From: the human T2T-CHM13v2.0 reference genome, Homo sapiens
Reading direction: 5' to 3' (one strand)
Assembly: GCF_009914755.1 (NCBI RefSeq)
Contig: NC_060927.1
DNA: 64,000 bases
Shown here: piece by piece, positions 57,781-64,000 of the stretch
Position numbering within the stretch: the stretch's first letter is position 1
How the letters are laid out: each line of letters starts with the position of its first letter
The notes under the pieces: generated by a model
Database searches by the model: none
What the model was told of the DNA's origin: nothing
What the model saw: the letters and a program-made list of their open reading frames with translations, nothing else
Program-made: the position numbers and the translations under genes

Positions 57781-58589
57781 AAGAAATCAAGGTGTTGGTA
57801 GGGCCACACTTTCTCTGAAGGCTCTAGGGAAGAGCGCTGATATGTGTTGAATTGTGTCCCTCCAAAAATGTTTGTTAAAATCATAACCCCTGGTGCCTCA
57901 GAATGTGATCTTATTTGGAAATAAGGTCTTTACAGAGAGAGTAAAATTTTAAAAGGGTCATTATCATGGGCCCAATTTCAATACGACTGGTGTCCTTATA
58001 AAAAGGGAGAATTTGGATACGGAGACACAAAGAGAATCCATATGAAGATGATGAGAGGTTGGAATAATGGATTTCTAAGCCAAAGAATGCCACAGATTGC
58101 CAGCAAGCCCCCAGAAGCTGGGAGGAGTGGATGGAAGAGATTCTTCCTCCTGTTCAATAGAAGGAACCAACTCTGCCAACATCTTGGATTTGGACTTCGT
58201 AGCCTCCAGAAGTGTGAAACAATAAATTTTTGTTGTTTAAGCCACTCAGTTTGTAATAATTGATTACAACAACCCTAGGAAACTAATGCATCTTCCTTGC
58301 CTCTTCCAGCTTTGGTGGCTTAGATGTTCATTGGTTTGTGGCAGTATAACTCTATCTCCATCTTCACATGGACTTTTCCACTGTGTGAGTGTGTGTGTGT
58401 GCGTGTGTGTGTCTTTTTCTATCTAAGGACATTTTCATTGAACTTAGAACCCACCATAATTCAGTATGATCTCATCTCCATCCTTCCCTTAATTATAGAT
58501 GTAAAGATCTTATTTCTAAATAAGGTCATACGATGGCATTGTGGATGGGCATGGATTTTGCAGGGGGACACACTATTCAACCCACTATA
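57781..58589 (-). mobile_element. MLT1B-like LTR (57781-57837 + 58291-58589)
   Basis: caaggtgttggtagggccacactttctctgaaggctctagggaaga | tcttccttgcctcttccagc...cactattcaacccactata. Confidence 0.8.
57838..58290 (+). mobile_element. MLT1C-like LTR inserted in the opposite orientation
   Basis: tgatatgtgttgaattgtgtccctccaaaa...cctcagaatgtgatcttatttggaaataaggtc...aaccctaggaaactaatgca. Confidence 0.85.
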
Positions 58590-59905
58590 ACTGTTATGCC
58601 AAGAGAGTTGTCAGCAAAGGGGGCAGGAGTGATATCAAATGAAGGTAAAGGAGGCATGGAATGGGATAGATAGGGTATTGTGGATCCCAGTTAGCAGTCT
58701 GGATTTTGTTCTAAATATAAAGAAAATTTCTTGGCAGGTTTTAAGCTGAGAAGTAGCACAACTTGATTTACATTTCAAAGAGGTATCTCGGGCTATTGCG
58801 TAGAGGATGGACTGTGATGGGGAAAGAGTAGAAACAAGGGCAAGCTTTGTGGGTCCTTGTGAGAAGGAGTGAGAGGTGCTCAGTACAAATAAGAAACAGG
58901 CCAGGTTTGGAAGACTTGCCGATGGATTCGATATACACCAGGGTGTAATGAATGGTGTCTTACAGACCGGGGAAAAGTCATAAGTGGCTTCTTTATCCAT
59001 TTTTGTTTACTCATATATTTATATGAGTACCAGCAGACTAAGTCTTTCGGAAGCCGCAGAAGGTTATGCTGTGAAAGGAAAGTCCCTTCTGACTGTTTCT
59101 CGCAGTCTCTTTACTTTAAGAACAGCTACTGTTAGCAGTTTTATCTACATCCTTCTGAGGAAATATTTTACATAGAGCATTCTCTTTCTAAGAAGGAATA
59201 TACCTTCTCCTAAAGTAGGGCTATTCTTCTTCCATAAAATCCAATAAATGAACATGTTTCCAGGCCCGGAAAACTTACATTTTAGAAACACCTGCTCATT
59301 CAGTAAAAATATGTCAGTAAAGTCTAAAATAGCATTAAATTAAAATGAAACCGGTAGTTTTATGATACATGTCCTTTACGATTGTTGTATAATGACTACT
59401 TGTAAAGTTAGCTAAGACTTCATAGCCTAGGCTCTATGCCTAGAAAATAAGAAAAACACCTTCTTCCCCATTCGCAAAACTCATAAATGAAAAATGAAGT
59501 GGATTTTGCCATCCATTGTTTCTCCTGTCACTCCTTTAAGATGAGTGATGCTGTTTTGGAAAGCATGGCTATTAAGCAGCTTGCCTGAGGGTCACGGAGC
59601 CTGTTCTGCAGAATCCATTTGAGGGGAAGGCTGGAGTTGGTTGTGTGTGTAGATTCTGTCTTCTGCCAGCCACTGCTGTCTTTGCTGTTCCAGGGTCTTT
59701 CTAGGCCATTTAAAACGTGATTAGGAAACCATCAGTTTCCTATGGCAAAGGGATTGCGCATAATCAAGTTTCCTTACTTGCACGAGGCTGAGCCCTGTCC
59801 TGTGGAGTCTACCTTCCAAATCAATAACAAATCTATCCACCACTCTCATTCCTCACAAGTAACAGTCATCTTCTAGCTACACTGACATTATTCTAGTCTC
59901 TAGAA

Positions 59906-60437
59906 CAGGAGTCTCCAACCCCTGGGCCCCGGACCAGTACCTCTCGTGACTTGTTAGGAACTGGGCCACACAGCAGGATGTGAGCGGTGGGTGAGAGAGT
60001 GAAACTTCATCTGTATTTACAGCCTCTCCCCCTCGTTCGCATTACCACCTGAGCTCCGTCTCATGCCAGATCAGCAGTTGCGTTAGATTCTCAAAGGAGC
60101 GAGAACCCTGTTTGTGAACTGTGCATTCGAGGGCTCTGGGTTGCGTGCTGCCTATGAGAACCTAATGCCTGATGATCTTTCACTGTCTCCCATCCCCCCA
60201 GATGGGACTGTCTACTTACAGGAAAACAAACTCAAGACTGTCACTGATTCTACATTATGGTGAGTTGTATACTTATTTCATTATATATTACAATGTAATA
60301 ATAATGGAAATAAAGTGCACAGTAAATGTAATGCTCTTGAATCATCCCCAAACCCTCCTCCTGCCGCCCACACTACTCCATGGAAAAAGTGTCACCTGAA
60401 AAACCAGTTTCAGGTGCCAAAAGGTGGGGAACTTGTG
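59906..60437. mobile_element. MER1A hAT-Charlie DNA transposon with 8-bp TSD
   Basis: caggagtctccaacccctgggccccggaccagtacc...ggtgccaaaaggtggggaacttgtg; TSD (c/a)tctagaa, the NTCTAGAN Charlie target. Confidence 0.92.
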
Positions 60438-62719
60438 ATCTAGAACTGACCAAGGCCTTTTGCATTTAAAGACTACTTGTGCTGGACACTATGCCAGGAA
60501 TGTTCTTTTCCACTTCTTACCATGGCTAATTCCATTTATCTGTCAGGACTATGCTTAAAGAAGGCTTTCTCCTAATAATCAAATTAAGTTCTTCCTGTTA
60601 TATCCCCCTTGATTGCATTTATCATAATTTCGAAACATATACACAATGGGATAGTAACCTCCTTCAGTCTCTGTTTTGTTTGCAAGTATATACCCAGTGC
60701 TGAGCAGGTAGTAGGTGCTCAACATATATTTGTGAATGAATATATTTTCTGTTTAATATGTAGTAGAGAGTATAAACTTCATCACCCTTGGTTTGTGTGC
60801 TTTGTGGTTACGTCTTATATTAATCTGTTTTTCTTTAAATTCTAGATTACATTTACATTTATTTACTATAAACATACCAAAATAAAGTTCATTTTGTATT
60901 TCAGAAGAACAATTAGGACATCATCATTTAGTTCAATGCAATGAGTAGCAGAAGTCAGAAAGGAAATTATTTTTACAAACATGAACAGAAAATAAATCTG
61001 CTAGGCCTTTATGATGTTTATAACATTGTAGCTTTTGAATGGTTTTATGGTTAGGTATTGAGGGAAAGGCTTAATAGATATGAAAACAATTGCCCTTTAA
61101 AAATTACAGCAGACAAGTATTTAATCCAAAGGGGGCTAATAAATTGCTCAAGGGAAAAGGGTTGTAATTATCTTTAATCATTCCCATTAAAAATAGTCTT
61201 TAACAGGTTGAATGCATTTAACTCAGTGTTCTGAATACCAGGTAAACATTGGCCATTATTTTTCTAATGTTTACTTTGTCATAAGAAATGAGCAGAGTGA
61301 GAACACATTTTTATTTGCTAAGAGAAGAAAGCATATTGTTTCTTAAGTCACCTGTAGGGCGAAGTAAATATGCGAGGAAATAGTCTCCATAATTGTTTAA
61401 AATTCATTGAAGATTGCTTTTCTGTACAAAAGAGGGGAAAAGATTGTGAGAAGCACATTACAGAAAACAAAGATCAATGGGACAATATGATTAATTTGAA
61501 GGTAAAGTAAGGAAGGGCTCTCATTTTTCACCCAGTGCCAATTTGCAGTAAACCTAAGCATTTCATCAAAGGGTTGCTGTTAACCACTTTAAAGCAATCC
61601 ACTTTCCTGGAACTGGAACCTGGGGCCTTCCTGAGTCCTCCTTGAGCATACAGAGTTGCTGTGATCCATCTTCTCTTCTTTTCTGTCGACATGAATAGTA
61701 AGTGATTTCCTCCCTAGTGCATTATGAAGTTGTCTTATTTAATGTTTCTTTCTGGGGACTGCACAGCTTGACCCTCACACTGAAGGTGACCAGATAGAAT
61801 TGTCCTGTGGGCATGGTGCAATTCTCTACCCTTGAACGTGGAATTATGCAGAGTAGTGAAGCTTTATGCCTAGTTGGTGATCATGACCTGGAAACATACA
61901 CAAAGAAAGGGATAAATGAAGTTTGTTAACTAGATTACATGTTTTAACTTATTTAAAATGAGCTATTTTGATAAACATTTTGGTTAAAATAGTTTAATAG
62001 AAACGTGGAAGTGTTTTACATCACCAGGGAACATCCTGAATGTACAAATGAAGACATTTTCATTAAACAGGTGATGTTAATAATTTATTTTTATCACTAG
62101 CACTGTGACTACTTATGAATTATAAATGAAAATTTACATTTAGATTTAGCATACATACTCAAGCGTGTCCTGATTGTTTTCACAAATGTTAGTGGGTGAG
62201 GTAATGGCACTTTATGTTTCCACACTGATAGGGCTACCTTTAAAGTGTCTCTAGAAGTGTTAACTTGCAGCCTCTCACCTTCCTTTTCTCTAAGGTTCTG
62301 TTTAAAATATGTCCCCTTCTGCCTGTGCTATAACTCTAGGACATAAAAGAAGTAGTTAGGAACAGATGATTTTTGATGTGTTGTGTTTCCATGAACACTA
62401 ATGCAATTAGTACATCCCTGAGAGGGTCTTTGTATTTATCTATTATATTTTGAATGAATCAAGACACAGTCTTTTCTAACACATTAGGGAATCTATTAGT
62501 TCACCTAGTTTGCTGACAGATGTTTCCTTTAGGATGGAAGAAGAACCGATACAGCTAGTTCAATTTAGAAAAAGTTATGTCCTGGGTGAATTCATGACTT
62601 TCTATTTTCTCTCCCATTTTTACAATAACCCTTCCTAGAGAAAGCATCACCTTTATTGTTTGATCTCCCCTTCTGTGATGTATATTGCTCACTGAAATAT
62701 TCAGTATAAATGAATAAGT

Positions 62720-62749
62720 GATGAATGAATGAATGAATGAATGAATGAA
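62720..62749. repeat. (GAAT)n repeat, probably an L2 tail
   Basis: gatgaatgaatgaatgaatgaatgaatgaa. Confidence 0.85.
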
Positions 62750-63649
62750 ATCCTTTGAAGAAATAATGCCATTTTAGCACAACATAAATGTCCCTAAGGG
62801 CAGAATGAGATGACGGTGAGGCAACCTTTTCTTCCAAAACTTCGAGTATTTAAAATGCTACATGTGGATGTTGCCTTGTTTTTGTTTGCATAGTCTTGAA
62901 AAGAAAGACCTAAAGATGGCAGGCTTCATATTTTAACTGTTTTCCACTAAATGCTTTTGTTATATTTGTCGTATTACTTAAAATTTTGTAGCTGGAAAGT
63001 TGAACACATCAAAACCTGGCTTTTAGAAAATGATTAATAAATCAAAAAGGTGAAGTCACTTTGTGTCTAGTCATTAAAATATATACACATGTACATAAAA
63101 CGCATCTCTTTATATATCAGCATTATAATTTATATGTTGACATTCCATATTAGCATTATAGAACAACCGACCAGGTTTTTTGGGACTCATATCTTTCCAA
63201 CTAAGTTCACGTGAGAGTATTTTTTATCGTTGAACCTGTATCTAAAAGTATAGTGTGTGGAGTGCTGTACAGACATAGGGATACTTCAGATGAAAATACT
63301 GATGAATTTCAGTCATTGAGGCAATTGGGAACTTCAGTAAGATTTTAATTTGAGAGTAATGTGTTCCCTCTGTCACCGAGGCTAGACACTACCTGTTGAG
63401 ATTATTTGAGATTCCTGTTCTCAGATATATCAAAGACTTGAAGCGGGGTAGGGTAGGGGAGAGGTGCTCCTAGTAATCACTATGGCAGGGTTGGGCTTTA
63501 CTGTATGTTTCCTTTACTCAATAAACTCCAGATGAGAATAACTAACAGAAAAAGTAACTTTTTTGCATTTAAATGTTGATATATACAACAAAATATGCTA
63601 TTTTTTTATATAGGAGGAATGGTTCAAATATACACTACTATTTCTGTCT

Positions 63650-63961
<312 letters not shown>

Positions 63962-64000
63962 TTACATACTACATACATACTATTTCTTATGGCATCCTAA

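Larger units (their letters stand above)
57630..58990 (-). mobile_element. L2 (57630-57780 + 58590-58990) interrupted by nested MLT1 LTRs
   Basis: attcagtaaacatgtattcagcagctcc...ttaggcactggga... and ...ggattttgttctaaa...ggcaggttttaagctgagaagtagcacaacttgatttacatttc. Confidence 0.7.

Overview
Primate, most likely human, genomic DNA from the ROBO2 locus (human 3p12.3, from recall). The only supportable protein-coding sequence is the first coding exon of the short isoform ROBO2b: ATG at 28761, 61 nt encoding the signal peptide MSLLMFTQLLLCGFLYVRVD-G, followed by a G|GTAAGT donor at 28822. A CpG-island promoter (~27320-28350) and a long 5' leader with four upstream AUGs precede it. Everything downstream is intron 1; the exon-2 peptide (SRLRQEDFPPRIVEHPS...) is not in the window. 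Upstream DNA is, by established annotation, inside the very long early intron of the distal ROBO2a isoform. The rest is repeats (Alu, L1, L2, MIR, MaLR and ERV1 LTRs, MER1A, MER58, MADE2, MER85), a decayed 7SK retrocopy and a two-LTR ERV1 proviral remnant. Almost all ORF-track entries are repeat-derived or chance. I found no new multi-gene system. The most notable observations are: (1) a Met-Ser-Lys uORF whose stop overlaps the ROBO2 start (AUGA), within a four-uORF leader; (2) an old ~440-bp inverted duplication 4.1 kb apart, dated by a THE1 insertion in one arm and abutting a 7SK retrocopy; (3) a MER85 with an intact CSB-PGBD3 palindrome; (4) local duplications with template-switch-like junctions in the first 2.3 kb; (5) a candidate divergent antisense exon/ORF. 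Repeat subfamily names come from memory of consensus sequences, identities are by eye, and boundaries are approximate unless a TSD is given.
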